From Cupriavidus necator (GTDB lineage Bacteria; Pseudomonadota; Gammaproteobacteria; Burkholderiales; Burkholderiaceae): a stretch of DNA of 32,000 nt. Within the stretch, counting starts at the first letter, position 1. Every line of letters starts with the position of its first letter. A model generated the notes under the pieces. The model searched no databases and was not told where the DNA came from. It saw nothing but the letters and a program-made list of their open reading frames with translations. The stretch covers positions 2,640,001-2,672,000 of the forward strand of contig NZ_CP066019.1 of assembly GCF_016127575.1 (NCBI RefSeq). Direction: 5' to 3'. This document shows, in pieces, positions 1-8,376 of the stretch. The position numbers and the translations under genes are program-made.

Positions 1-162
1 CGACAGCGACAGCAGCTTGTTGGGGTTGGTCAGGCTCTGGAAGCGCTCCACCGAGATAAAGCCGTCGATGGCCTCCAGCTGCGGGCGCAGGTGCGCGGCG
101 ATATCGAGGTAGTTGTCCTGCCGGCCCGGCGCGGGCTCGACTTCGAAGATGACTGCGATCAT
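1..162 (-). CDS. ABM/Dabb-fold (antibiotic-biosynthesis-monooxygenase-like) protein, N-terminal part only; the 3' end lies outside the window
   Basis: My own minus-strand translation from the ATG at 162-160 gives MIAVIFEVEPAPGRQDNYLDIAAHLRPQLEAIDGFISVERFQSLTNPNKLLSLS. This resembles ABM-domain N-termini. AGGAG lies 5 nt upstream, and the start is 27 nt downstream of the P450 stop. It is absent from the ORF track because it is truncated. Confidence 0.55.
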   Translation of the reverse strand, partial: MIAVIFEVEPAPGRQDNYLDIAAHLRPQLEAIDGFISVERFQSLTNPNKLLSLS

Positions 163-189
163 GTTGTCTCCTGGGGGCAATGGCGGGAA

Positions 190-1314
190 TCAAAGGAAAT
201 GCGGAATGCGTGCGTTCAGCGACGGACGATAGCGGAATGCCTGCGCCAGCGCGGCCGGGTCGGCCCCACGCGCACGCAGCGCCGCCACCGTGGCGGCAGC
301 CAGCGCCTGCGCCAGGCGGTCGCCGGGACAGGCATGGCGGCCGTGGCCGAAGGTCCATGGCCGTTCGCTGGCCGCGGCACCACTGCACGACGCCGCGGCC
401 AGCAGCACCAGCACCGCGTCGCCGGCCTTGACGGCGTGGCCGCACAGTTGCGCATCGGCGGCCAGGAAGCGCCGCGTATTCTGCACCGGCGGATCCTCCC
501 GGGCGACCCGCGCCACCACGGCATCGAGCGGCAGCCCTGACTGCGTCGTGTCGCGACCCAGCCGCAGCAGCGTATTCCCGGCCAGCGCCGCGGTGGCTTC
601 GCAGGCTTGCACCAGCAGGCCGATGATGTTGGCGGCGACCGCCTGCGCGTCGATGCCGGCGGCACGGGCTGCCTGCCGCAGCGCCGGCAGCGGCCCTGCG
701 CCGTCCGCCGCATCGGCAAGCCAGTGCCCCAGCCATTGAGCGGCCTCGGCGCCTGCGCGCACGGCCGGTGCATCGGCCAATGGCGACTGCGCGCCGGCGA
801 AGGCCGCAACCCGTTGTGCGGCTTCGGCCGCGCTGCTGCCTTCGTTGGCAACCGGCAGGCCAAGCAGGTCGGCGACCGTGACGACCGGCAGCGTGAACAG
901 CCAGCGATTGATGCACTCGCCGGACATGGCGGCCCAGGACGCTTCGCCGGCATCGAGCACCGCCGCCAGCACCGTTGCGCGCTGCGCCGCGGCGGCCGGG
1001 TCGATACCCGCCAGCATCGGCATCAGCAGGGCCTTGAGCGGCGCGTGCGCGGCGCCGTCGTTCATCCGGACCAACCGGCCGAACAGCTCGCCGGCGGCGG
1101 TGCCGGCCAGCGCGGGCGGCACCGGCTGTGCGGGCGGCCGCACGCGGCAGTCGGAGTGGGCAAGCACGTCGGCCACTTCCTGCGGGCCGGCGGCAACCCA
1201 CAGGCCAAGGCGGTCATCGCGGAAGAATGGCTGGCTGGCGGCCAGCTCCCGGTAGTACGGGTACGGGTCGGGATGGGTGACGGCGCTGAGCGGATCGATA
1301 TCGGTATCGGGCAT
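190..1314 (-). CDS. Cytochrome P450 (short, 374 aa)
   Basis: Heme-thiolate loop FGHGRHACPG (FxxGxxxCxG) near the C-terminus. I-helix-like LLVQACEATAA. DPPV turn after the K-helix region. High GC3 coding frame. Confidence 0.85.
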   Translation of the reverse strand: MPDTDIDPLSAVTHPDPYPYYRELAASQPFFRDDRLGLWVAAGPQEVADVLAHSDCRVRPPAQPVPPALAGTAAGELFGRLVRMNDGAAHAPLKALLMPMLAGIDPAAAAQRATVLAAVLDAGEASWAAMSGECINRWLFTLPVVTVADLLGLPVANEGSSAAEAAQRVAAFAGAQSPLADAPAVRAGAEAAQWLGHWLADAADGAGPLPALRQAARAAGIDAQAVAANIIGLLVQACEATAALAGNTLLRLGRDTTQSGLPLDAVVARVAREDPPVQNTRRFLAADAQLCGHAVKAGDAVLVLLAAASCSGAAASERPWTFGHGRHACPGDRLAQALAAATVAALRARGADPAALAQAFRYRPSLNARIPHFL

Positions 1315-1411
1315 GGCGGCACAGTGGATGGAAGTGCTGAGTCCTTGCAGCGAACCCAGCGCCCGGGGGCGGGCGGACAGTCACATCATGCCGCCGCGGC
1401 GCAGGCCGAAG

Positions 1412-1429
1412 GTTCATGGTGACATGAAC
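1412..1429. promoter_or_regulatory. Perfect 7-bp inverted repeat GTTCATG-N4-CATGAAC between the czcA stop and the P450 start; candidate operator or weak hairpin
   Basis: Read directly at 1412-1418 and 1423-1429. There is no U-tract, so it is not a convincing intrinsic terminator. It lies about 100 nt upstream of the P450 start. Confidence 0.2.
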
Positions 1430-1469
1430 TATCGAATGAAGTGACGCAACGCCGCCACACCCTGGGACT

Positions 1470-4400
1470 TCACGCATCCATTCGCGCCAGCTCCCCTTCC
1501 CCTTGCGCCGCTTCCGTCGCCGGCTCGTCGTTCCGGTGCGCCAGCCGGTACAGCACCGGCAACACCAGCAAGGTCAGCGCCGTCGACGACAGGATGCCGC
1601 CGATGACGACCGTCGCCAGCGGACGCTGCACCTCGGCACCCGTGCCCGTGGCCAGGGCCATCGGCACGAAACCAAGCGACGCAACCAGCGCGGTCATCAG
1701 CACCGGCCTCAGCCGCGTCAACGCCCCATCGCGGATCGCCGCATCCAGCCCATGGCCTTCCTCGCGCAGCGAGCGGATAAACGACAGCATCACCAGCCCG
1801 TTGAGCACCGCCACGCCGCACAGCGCGATAAAGCCCACCGCCGCCGAGATCGACAGCGGAATGCCGCGCAGCCATAGCGCCAGGATGCCGCCGGTCAGCG
1901 CGAACGGGATGCCGGTGAAGACCAGCAGGCCGTCCTTGACGTTGCCGAACATGGCGAACAGCAGCACGAACACCAGCCCCAGCGCCAACGGCACCACCAC
2001 GCGCAGCCGCGCGGTGGCGGACTGCAGCTGCTCGAAGGTGCCGCCCCAGCTGGTCCAGTAGCCCGCCGGGATCTGCACGCGCGCGCGGATGGCGGCCTCG
2101 GCCTCGGGCACGAAGCTGCCGATATCGCGCCCGCGCACATTGGCGCTGACCACGATGCGGCGCTTGCCGTTCTCGCGCGAGACCTGGTTGGGGCCCGGTG
2201 CGATATCCACGCTGGCGACTTCGCTCAGAGGGATATAGCTGGTGCGCGCTGCGGCTTCCTTCGGCAGCGGCACCGGCAGGCGCCGCAGCGCTTCCACGTC
2301 CTCGCGCACGGCATCGGGCAGGCGCACCACGATGTCGAAGCGCCGGTCGCCGCTGAAGAAGGTGCCAGACACCTTGCCACCGATGCCGATCGCCACCGCA
2401 TCCTGGATATCGCTCAGGTTCAGGCCATAGCGCGCCGCCTTGTTGCGGTCGATCTGGACTGTCAGCATCGGCAGGCCGGTGGTCTGTTCGACCCTCACCT
2501 CGGCCGCGCCGGGGATGCCCTGCAGCACCGCCGCGATGCGATTGGCGGTCTGCTCCAGCACGGCGTTGTCGTCGCCGAACACCTTGACCGCCACGTCGGA
2601 GCGCACGCCCGAGATCAGCTCGTTAAAGCGCAGCTGGATCGGTTGCGAGAATTCATAGTTGTTGCCCGGCAGCTTGCCCACCTCATCGCGGATCGCGGCG
2701 ATCAGCTGGTCGCGCGTGCGGCGCGGCTCGGGCCATTGCGACATGGGCTTGAGCATGATGTAGCCGTCGGAGATATTCGGCGGCATCGGGTCGGAGGCGA
2801 TCTCCGCGGTGCCGGTGCGCGCAAAGATGCGCTCGATCTCCGGGAACCTGGCCTTCAGCGCGGTTTCCACCTGCTGCTGCATCGCCACGGATTGCGTCAG
2901 GCTGGTGCCGGGGATGCGCAAGGCCTGGATCGCCAGGTCGCCTTCATTCAGGCTGGGCACGAACTCGCTGCCCAGCCGCGTGGCAATGGCCAGGCACAAT
3001 GCCACCGCCACGCCGGCAAACGTCAGCACCACTGGCGTCGCGGCCAGCGAGCGCTCCAGCAGCACCGCGTAGCGGCGGCGTGCCCAGGCCATCAGCCGGT
3101 TCTCGCGCTCAGCCACGCGGTTGCCGATAAACTGCGCCACCGCGGCCGGCACGAAGGTCACCGACAGCACCATCGCGCCCAGCAACGCCAGCACCACGGT
3201 GAAGGCCATCGGGTGGAACATCTTGCCCTCAACCCCGGTCAGCGCAAAGATCGGCAGGTACACCACCATGATGATCAGCTGGCCGTACAGCAGCGGCCGG
3301 CGCGCCTCGCGCGCCGCGGCAAAGACTTCATGCAGGCGTTCGCTGCGCGTGAGGGGATGGCCGTGGCGCTCCTGCGCATGCGCCAGCCGGCGCACGCAGT
3401 TCTCGACGATCACCACCGCGCCGTCGACGATGATGCCGAAGTCCAGCGCGCCCAGGCTCATCAGGTTGGCGCTGATGCGGTAGTGCACCATGCCCGTGAA
3501 GGTGAACAGCATCGACAGCGGGATCACCAGCGCGGTGATCAGCGCCGCGCGCAGGTTGCCCAGGAACAGGAACAGGATGGCGATCACCAGCACCGCGCCT
3601 TCCAGCAGGTTCTTCTTGACCGTGGCAATGGCCTTGTCGACCAGCGTGGTGCGGTCGTACACCGTGACCGCCTGCACGCCCTTGGACAGCGTGCGGTTGA
3701 TCTCGGCCATCTTGCGGTCCACCGCCTGCGAGACCGTGCGGCTGTTCTCGCCGATCAGCATGAACACGGTGCCCAGCACCACCTCGCGGCCGTTCTCGGT
3801 GGCCGCGCCGGTGCGCAGCTCGCCGCCGGTCTGCACGGTGGCCACGTCACGCACGCGGATCGGCAGGCCCTGCGCGGTGCCGACGATCACGTCGCGGATA
3901 TCCTCAAGCGAGCGCACCTGCCCCGGCACGCGCACCAGGTACTGCTCGCCGCGGCGCTCGATATAGCCGGCGCCGACGTTGTCGTTGTTCTTCTCCAGCG
4001 CGCTCACCACGTCGGCCAGCGACAACCCGTACGACGCCATGCGCTCCAGGCTGGGCGCGACCACATAGGCGCGTGCATGGCCGCCGATGGCATTGACCTC
4101 GGTCACGCCGGGCACGTTGCGCAGCTGCGGGCGGATCACCCAGTCCTGGATCTCGCGCAGGTCCGACAGCGTATACGGCGTGCCGTCCGGCTTGCGCGCA
4201 CCGGGGTCGGCCTCGACCGTCCACAGGTAGATCTCGCCCAGCCCGGTCGAGATCGGCCCCATCGCAGGCGTGATGCCGGCGGGCAGCTTGTCGCGCGCTT
4301 CCTGGATGCGCTGGTTGACCAGCTGGCGCGCAAAGTGGATACCGGTGCCGTCGCGGAAGATCACCGTCACCTGCGACAGCCCGTAGCGCGACAGCGAGCG

Positions 4401-4646
4401 GGTCTGCTCCAGCCCGGGCAGGCCCGCCATCGCGGTCTCGACCGGATAGGTGATGCGCTGCTCGGTCTCCAGCGGCGAATAGCCCGGCGCGGCGGTGTTG
4501 ATCTGCACCTGCACGTTGGTGATATCGGGCACCGCGTCGATCGGCAGCCGGGTGTAGCTGTACAGGCCCAGCGCGGCCATGCCCAGCACTGCCAGCAGGA
4601 CCAGCCAGCGTTGCTCGATGGCAAAGCGGATCAGGCGTTCAAACAT
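1470..4646 (-). CDS. czcA: Heavy-metal efflux RND inner-membrane pump, CzcA/CnrA/NccA family (HME-RND)
   Basis: The N-terminus MFERLIRFAIEQRWLVLLAVLGMAALGLYSYTRLPIDAVPDITNVQVQINTAAPGYSPLETEQR is close to my recollection of Cupriavidus CzcA. Size is about 1058 aa with 12-TM RND architecture. I chose the start at 4646 (GGGAGG 6 nt upstream) rather than the ORF-track 4670, based on the homologous N-terminus. Confidence 0.93.
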   Translation of the reverse strand: MFERLIRFAIEQRWLVLLAVLGMAALGLYSYTRLPIDAVPDITNVQVQINTAAPGYSPLETEQRITYPVETAMAGLPGLEQTRSLSRYGLSQVTVIFRDGTGIHFARQLVNQRIQEARDKLPAGITPAMGPISTGLGEIYLWTVEADPGARKPDGTPYTLSDLREIQDWVIRPQLRNVPGVTEVNAIGGHARAYVVAPSLERMASYGLSLADVVSALEKNNDNVGAGYIERRGEQYLVRVPGQVRSLEDIRDVIVGTAQGLPIRVRDVATVQTGGELRTGAATENGREVVLGTVFMLIGENSRTVSQAVDRKMAEINRTLSKGVQAVTVYDRTTLVDKAIATVKKNLLEGAVLVIAILFLFLGNLRAALITALVIPLSMLFTFTGMVHYRISANLMSLGALDFGIIVDGAVVIVENCVRRLAHAQERHGHPLTRSERLHEVFAAAREARRPLLYGQLIIMVVYLPIFALTGVEGKMFHPMAFTVVLALLGAMVLSVTFVPAAVAQFIGNRVAERENRLMAWARRRYAVLLERSLAATPVVLTFAGVAVALCLAIATRLGSEFVPSLNEGDLAIQALRIPGTSLTQSVAMQQQVETALKARFPEIERIFARTGTAEIASDPMPPNISDGYIMLKPMSQWPEPRRTRDQLIAAIRDEVGKLPGNNYEFSQPIQLRFNELISGVRSDVAVKVFGDDNAVLEQTANRIAAVLQGIPGAAEVRVEQTTGLPMLTVQIDRNKAARYGLNLSDIQDAVAIGIGGKVSGTFFSGDRRFDIVVRLPDAVREDVEALRRLPVPLPKEAAARTSYIPLSEVASVDIAPGPNQVSRENGKRRIVVSANVRGRDIGSFVPEAEAAIRARVQIPAGYWTSWGGTFEQLQSATARLRVVVPLALGLVFVLLFAMFGNVKDGLLVFTGIPFALTGGILALWLRGIPLSISAAVGFIALCGVAVLNGLVMLSFIRSLREEGHGLDAAIRDGALTRLRPVLMTALVASLGFVPMALATGTGAEVQRPLATVVIGGILSSTALTLLVLPVLYRLAHRNDEPATEAAQGEGELARMDA

Positions 4647-4659
4647 GCGTGCCTCCCGC

Positions 4660-5934
4660 TCAGTGCTCATGCCCGGCGCTGGCTTTGCCCAGCTCGGACT
4701 TGAGGATGAAGCTGTTGGCCGCGGCGTAGCCCGCGCCGGCCTGCAGGCCCTCTGTCACCTCCACCAGCTTGCCGCCAGCGCGCCCGGTCTTGACCGGCTG
4801 CACCGCAAACCCGCCCGGCACGGTGATGAACACCACGCTCTGGCCGTCGACCTGCTGCACCGCGTCGGCCGTCACCGTCACCGTCACCGGCACCTGCGCC
4901 GGCGCGCCCAGCACACTGACCGTGACGAACAACCCCGGGCGCCACGCCATGCCGGGATTGGCCAGCGTCACGCGCGCCTTGGCCGTGCGCGTCTGCTCGC
5001 CCAGCAGCGCGCCGACGTAGGACACCTTGCCCTCGGCCTGCGTGTCCGAGGCGCTCGAGCGCACCGTGACCGCTTCGCCCACACGCACCTGGTGCAGGTC
5101 GCGCGCGGACACCACGAACTCCGCCCACACCGAGCTCAGGTCGGAGACCGTGAAGACGCTGGTGGCTTCCTGGACCGCTTCGCCCAGCGCCAGGTGCTTC
5201 TCGACCACGATGCCGTCGAACGGGGCACGCAGCGCAAACTGGTTCAGGCTGCCGCCCTTGCCCGCGCTGTTCTCCGTGGCGCCAATCGCGGTCAGCTTCT
5301 GGCGCGCGTTCTGCACCGCGATCTGCGCTTCCTCAAGCGCCGTGCGGGCCTGCTGGTAATCCTGCTCGGCGGAGATCTTCTCCTGCCACAGCGTCTTCTC
5401 GCGCGCATAGGTGGCACGCGCCAGCCCCTCGCGCTTCTGCGCCGCCAGCAGCTCGCTGCGCTGCTCGGCCAGCGTCGTGCTGGCGAGCAGCGCCAGCACT
5501 TCGCCCTTGCGCACCTGCTGGCCAAGGTTAGCCGGCACCGCCTGCGCCACGCCCGCCACGCGCGGCACCACGTGCGCGGTGCGGTCTTCATTGAAGCGGA
5601 TCTCGCCGGGGAAATCGACGCTGCTGCGCAGCGGCGCCGCGGCGGCGGTGGCGATGCCGATGCCGGCCTGCTGGATCTGCGCGGGCGTCAGCGCGATCAG
5701 GTGCGGCTTGCCTTCGGCTTCCGGCTTCGCCGCGGGAGCGCTGGCGTCAGCGTGCGCGGCCGCATTGTCTCCTTCGTTGCCATGTTCGTGCTCGTCGCCA
5801 TGCTCGGCTTGCCCGTGCCCGGCCTCGCCGGTGGCGCTGCCGCCCTTGCCGGTGGACAGGATCGCCGCGCCGCCCAGCAGCCCCGCGACCAGGATGGCCA
5901 CCACGGCGGCCCGTTGTTGCTTGCTCATTGCCAT
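4660..5934 (-). CDS. czcB: Efflux RND periplasmic adaptor (membrane fusion protein), CzcB-like, with a His-rich N-terminal segment
   Basis: MAMSKQQRAAVVAILVAGLLGGAAIL anchor or signal, then the His/Glu/Asp-rich stretch GEAGHGQAEHGDEHEHGNEGDNAAAHADAS, then HlyD-like coiled-coil and beta-barrel sequence. It sits between OMF and RND genes. The start is trimmed to 5934 because the ORF-track N-terminal extension overlaps czcC in another frame. Confidence 0.88.
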   Translation of the reverse strand: MAMSKQQRAAVVAILVAGLLGGAAILSTGKGGSATGEAGHGQAEHGDEHEHGNEGDNAAAHADASAPAAKPEAEGKPHLIALTPAQIQQAGIGIATAAAAPLRSSVDFPGEIRFNEDRTAHVVPRVAGVAQAVPANLGQQVRKGEVLALLASTTLAEQRSELLAAQKREGLARATYAREKTLWQEKISAEQDYQQARTALEEAQIAVQNARQKLTAIGATENSAGKGGSLNQFALRAPFDGIVVEKHLALGEAVQEATSVFTVSDLSSVWAEFVVSARDLHQVRVGEAVTVRSSASDTQAEGKVSYVGALLGEQTRTAKARVTLANPGMAWRPGLFVTVSVLGAPAQVPVTVTVTADAVQQVDGQSVVFITVPGGFAVQPVKTGRAGGKLVEVTEGLQAGAGYAAANSFILKSELGKASAGHEH

Positions 5935-5950
5935 GTCTGCAGCTTCCGTA

Positions 5951-7222
5951 TCAGTGTCCGAGGATGCGGTCGATGCTGGCCGCCGCGTCATAGGTGCGGG
6001 CCAGCACGTCCAGGTAGCGAATGCGCGCCCGGAACAGCGTGCGCTGGGCATCCAGCACATCGAGGAAATTGAATTTGCCGGCCTCGAACCCGCGCGAGGC
6101 GGCGGCATAGGCCTGCTCCGCCGCGGGCAGCACCGAGGCCTGCAGCGTCTGCGCCGCGGCGCGCGATACCGACAGCTGCGTCGACGCCTGCTGCAGCTCA
6201 CCCGCCAGGCGGATGCGCGTGGCCGCGTGCGTGTCCTGAGCCTTGTCGGCCCGGCGCAATGCGGCGTAGAGGTTGCCCTGGTTGCGGTCAAACAGCGGCA
6301 GCGGGATCGCCACGCCCAGCACGGCCATACCGCGGTTGGCCTCGTTGTCGCGCTTGGCGCCCAGGCTCACGGTCACGTCGGGGTACTGGCGGCTGCGCGC
6401 CACGGCGACTTCAGCGCGGCTGCGCTCGGCCACGAGGCGGCTTGCCGCCAGCTGCGGCGAGTCTTCCAGCGCCGCTTGCAGCGCTGCCGGCGCGGGGCGC
6501 GAGGGCAGTGCGTCAAGGTCACCCTGCGCCTGCGCAAAGTGCGGTACGGCATTGCCCCACAGCGCGGCCAGCGACTGCCGTGCGGATTGCAGCGCGCCGG
6601 TGGCCTCGGCCAGTTCCAGCTCGGCATTGGCCTGCTCGACCCTCGCGCGCGTTTCTTCCAGCGGCGCGACCTTGCCGGCGGCCACGCGCCGCCCGGCCGC
6701 CGCGGCCGCCTTGCTGGCGATGCCGACCGAGCCTTCGGCGAGCTTGACGCGCTCCTGCGCCACCAGCACGCCAAAGAAGCGTGCGATCACCGCGGCGCGC
6801 AGCTCGGCGCGAGCGCCGCCCAGCTCGGCCTGTGCCAGTTCGCGCCCGCGCTCGGCCACGCCGATGCGCGCGGCGCGCTTGCCGCCGAGTTCGATCGGCA
6901 GGTTGATCTGGCCGGTGGTGGAGCGCGTGGCCTTGCGCGTGTCTTCCATCGACACGGCCAGTTCGGGATTGGGCAGCACGCGCGCCTGCGTGACATCGCC
7001 CTCGGTGGCGTCAAGCTCCTTGCCCGCCGCGGACAACGTGAAGCTGCCGGCTTCGGCCAGCGCCAGCGCGGCGTCGAGCGTCAGCGTGCCGGCAGGCTCT
7101 TGCCCCGGCGCCGGCGAGGATGCCGATGGCTGCGCCATGGCAGGGGGCGGCGTCTGCGCGACGCCATGGATCGGGCTGGAGAGAACGGCCGCCAGCCCAA
7201 GCGGCAGCAAAAGTCTTCGCAT
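5951..7222 (-). CDS. czcC: Outer-membrane efflux factor, CzcC/TolC family
   Basis: Signal peptide MRRLLLPLGLAAVLSSPIHGVAQ. Two OEP-type repeats rich in Ala/Leu/Gln/Arg coiled-coil. It occupies the first position of a CBA efflux operon. Confidence 0.88.
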   Translation of the reverse strand: MRRLLLPLGLAAVLSSPIHGVAQTPPPAMAQPSASSPAPGQEPAGTLTLDAALALAEAGSFTLSAAGKELDATEGDVTQARVLPNPELAVSMEDTRKATRSTTGQINLPIELGGKRAARIGVAERGRELAQAELGGARAELRAAVIARFFGVLVAQERVKLAEGSVGIASKAAAAAGRRVAAGKVAPLEETRARVEQANAELELAEATGALQSARQSLAALWGNAVPHFAQAQGDLDALPSRPAPAALQAALEDSPQLAASRLVAERSRAEVAVARSRQYPDVTVSLGAKRDNEANRGMAVLGVAIPLPLFDRNQGNLYAALRRADKAQDTHAATRIRLAGELQQASTQLSVSRAAAQTLQASVLPAAEQAYAAASRGFEAGKFNFLDVLDAQRTLFRARIRYLDVLARTYDAAASIDRILGH

Positions 7223-7255
7223 CGAATTGCACCAGGAAAGAAACCGGGAGAATTC

Positions 7256-7317
7256 GGCGAGACGCCTGACGTCAGGAAATCAGGGAGATCAGGAAAGCGT
7301 GGAAGCGTCGTCTCGCC
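7256..7317 (-). other. Structured intercistronic region between the czcI-like gene and czcC
   Basis: A 9-bp stem GGCGAGACG (7256-7264) pairs with CGTCTCGCC (7309-7317). It encloses a perfect 12-bp palindrome CCTGACGTCAGG (7265-7276) and three TCAGG(A/G)A units at 9-nt spacing (about 7272-7298). Confidence 0.3.
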
Positions 7318-7319
7318 GG

Positions 7320-7694
7320 CTAGGCAAGACGCGGCCACTGCGGACGGTCGGGCGCCCGCGCACTGTGCGAAGAGAAGCTGGGCTGCGGCGCCGGTGGCAC
7401 CAGTTCCACCCGGCGCATGGCGTGCACGTCGGGCGCGTCGGCCCGTGCAAACGGCAGCGAAGCGATATGGCAGACGCCGCAGTCGGGATCGGGCAGGCCG
7501 AGCTTGGCCTTGTCCTGCGCCCTCTGCGCGGGCTGGTCCTGCTTGCCGCTGTCGGCCTTGTGCTGGTGCTCGTGGTGCCCGAAATGGGCCTTGGCCGAAG
7601 CCGCCACCTCATGCCGGCAATACGCAGCGGCTCCCGCCCAGGCGAACTGGAGCGGCAGGACGAGCGCAAGAAGGATGAGGATGAGCCGTTGCAT
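7320..7694 (-). CDS. Small secreted His/Cys-containing protein, CzcI-like (DUF2946-like), first gene of the efflux operon
   Basis: Signal peptide MQRLILILLALVLPLQFAWA. Motifs AAYCRHE, HFGHHEHQHK and DCGVCH. It sits immediately upstream of czcCBA, as czcI does in Cupriavidus czc loci. The family assignment is from memory only. Confidence 0.55.
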   Translation of the reverse strand: MQRLILILLALVLPLQFAWAGAAAYCRHEVAASAKAHFGHHEHQHKADSGKQDQPAQRAQDKAKLGLPDPDCGVCHIASLPFARADAPDVHAMRRVELVPPAPQPSFSSHSARAPDRPQWPRLA

Positions 7695-7794
7695 AGGGGA
7701 AGTGGCAGCTGCCCTGGCCGCCGAGCATCAGGCGCCGGGGAAGTGCAGCGAGCCGCAAGTTTAACCGAGCCGCACCGGGCATTCCGGCGACGGG

Positions 7795-7825
7795 GTCATT
7801 ACATTTGCGTCATGCCACGGGTCAT
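7795..7825. promoter_or_regulatory. Three direct GTCAT repeats in the divergent promoter region between the czcI-like gene and the plus-strand gene; candidate regulator binding sites
   Basis: GTCAT occurs at 7795, 7809 and 7821 within GTCATTACATTTGCGTCATGCCACGGGTCATTTCC. An AT-rich tract (TTAATTCAATTTTTTTGAATAA, about 7840-7862) lies next to it. Confidence 0.2.
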
Positions 7826-7979
7826 TTCCGCCCTCGCCCATTAATTCAATTTTTTTGAATAACTTGTCCGGCAACTGACCTGCTTCCGTATCGATGGCGC
7901 TCCTATAGTTCTGTACATGAACGGCACGCACACAACGCAAAGCCTTCTGACAAATTCAACGAGCTTAAGGAGAACCATC

Positions 7980-8324
7980 ATGACCAAGACCACCCGCCTC
8001 GCTACCGCCCTGCTCCTGTCGCTGGCCGCCCTGGGCGCCGCGCAAGCCGCCACCGCCGCCGAACAAGTGCCCGGCGACAAGTACGGCTACAGCTTCCGCA
8101 GCACCGTGCCCGGCGACAAGTATGGTTATGAGTTCCGCAGCCATGATGTGTTCACGGAAGGCGCCCGCGTCGGCAAGGCCGATCCGTTTGTCGACGGCGC
8201 ACGCACGCTGGCCGGGCTGGACCGCAGCGGCGTGTCGGCCGCCCCAGCGCGCAGCTTCGACACCTATTCCGAAGGTAGCCGTGCCGGCAAGTTCGATCCC
8301 TATGGGGAAGGCGCGCGCGCCTGA
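7980..8324 (+). CDS. Small secreted repeat protein of unknown function (114 aa)
   Basis: AAGGAG 7 nt upstream of the ATG at 7980. Signal peptide MTKTTRLATALLLSLAALGAAQA. Tandem VPGDKYGY(S/E)FRS units, then four (F/Y)xxG(A/S)R units including GKxDP(F/Y). I judged the ORF-track start at 7917 to be an upstream extension. Confidence 0.7.
   Translation: MTKTTRLATALLLSLAALGAAQAATAAEQVPGDKYGYSFRSTVPGDKYGYEFRSHDVFTEGARVGKADPFVDGARTLAGLDRSGVSAAPARSFDTYSEGSRAGKFDPYGEGARA
8066..8143 (+). repeat. 39-bp tandem duplication inside the secreted-protein gene
   Basis: GTGCCCGGCGACAAGTACGGCTACAGCTTCCGCAGCACC (8066-8104) is followed by GTGCCCGGCGACAAGTATGGTTATGAGTTCCGCAGCCAT (8105-8143). Confidence 0.9.
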
Positions 8325-8349
8325 GCGATACCGGCACCCGGCCAGCAAG

Positions 8350-8376
8350 AAGGCCAGCGAATCCGCTGGCCTTTTG
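8350..8376. terminator. Bidirectional rho-independent terminator between the convergent genes
   Basis: Stem AAGGCCAGCG (8350-8359), loop AATC, stem CGCTGGCCTT (8364-8373). This is followed by TTTTG on the plus strand and TTCTTG on the minus strand. Confidence 0.75.

Noticed and set aside
4660-6291. N-terminal extensions in the ORF track for czcB (to 6291), the ECF sigma (to 9558), the symporter (to 20364), the binding protein (to 23157), tssJ (to 18457) and the secreted protein (from 7917).
   Set aside because: The extensions overlap the upstream gene in another frame, are Arg/Pro-rich nonsense, and precede obvious signal peptides or conserved N-termini with better ribosome-binding sites. 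I trimmed the starts accordingly.
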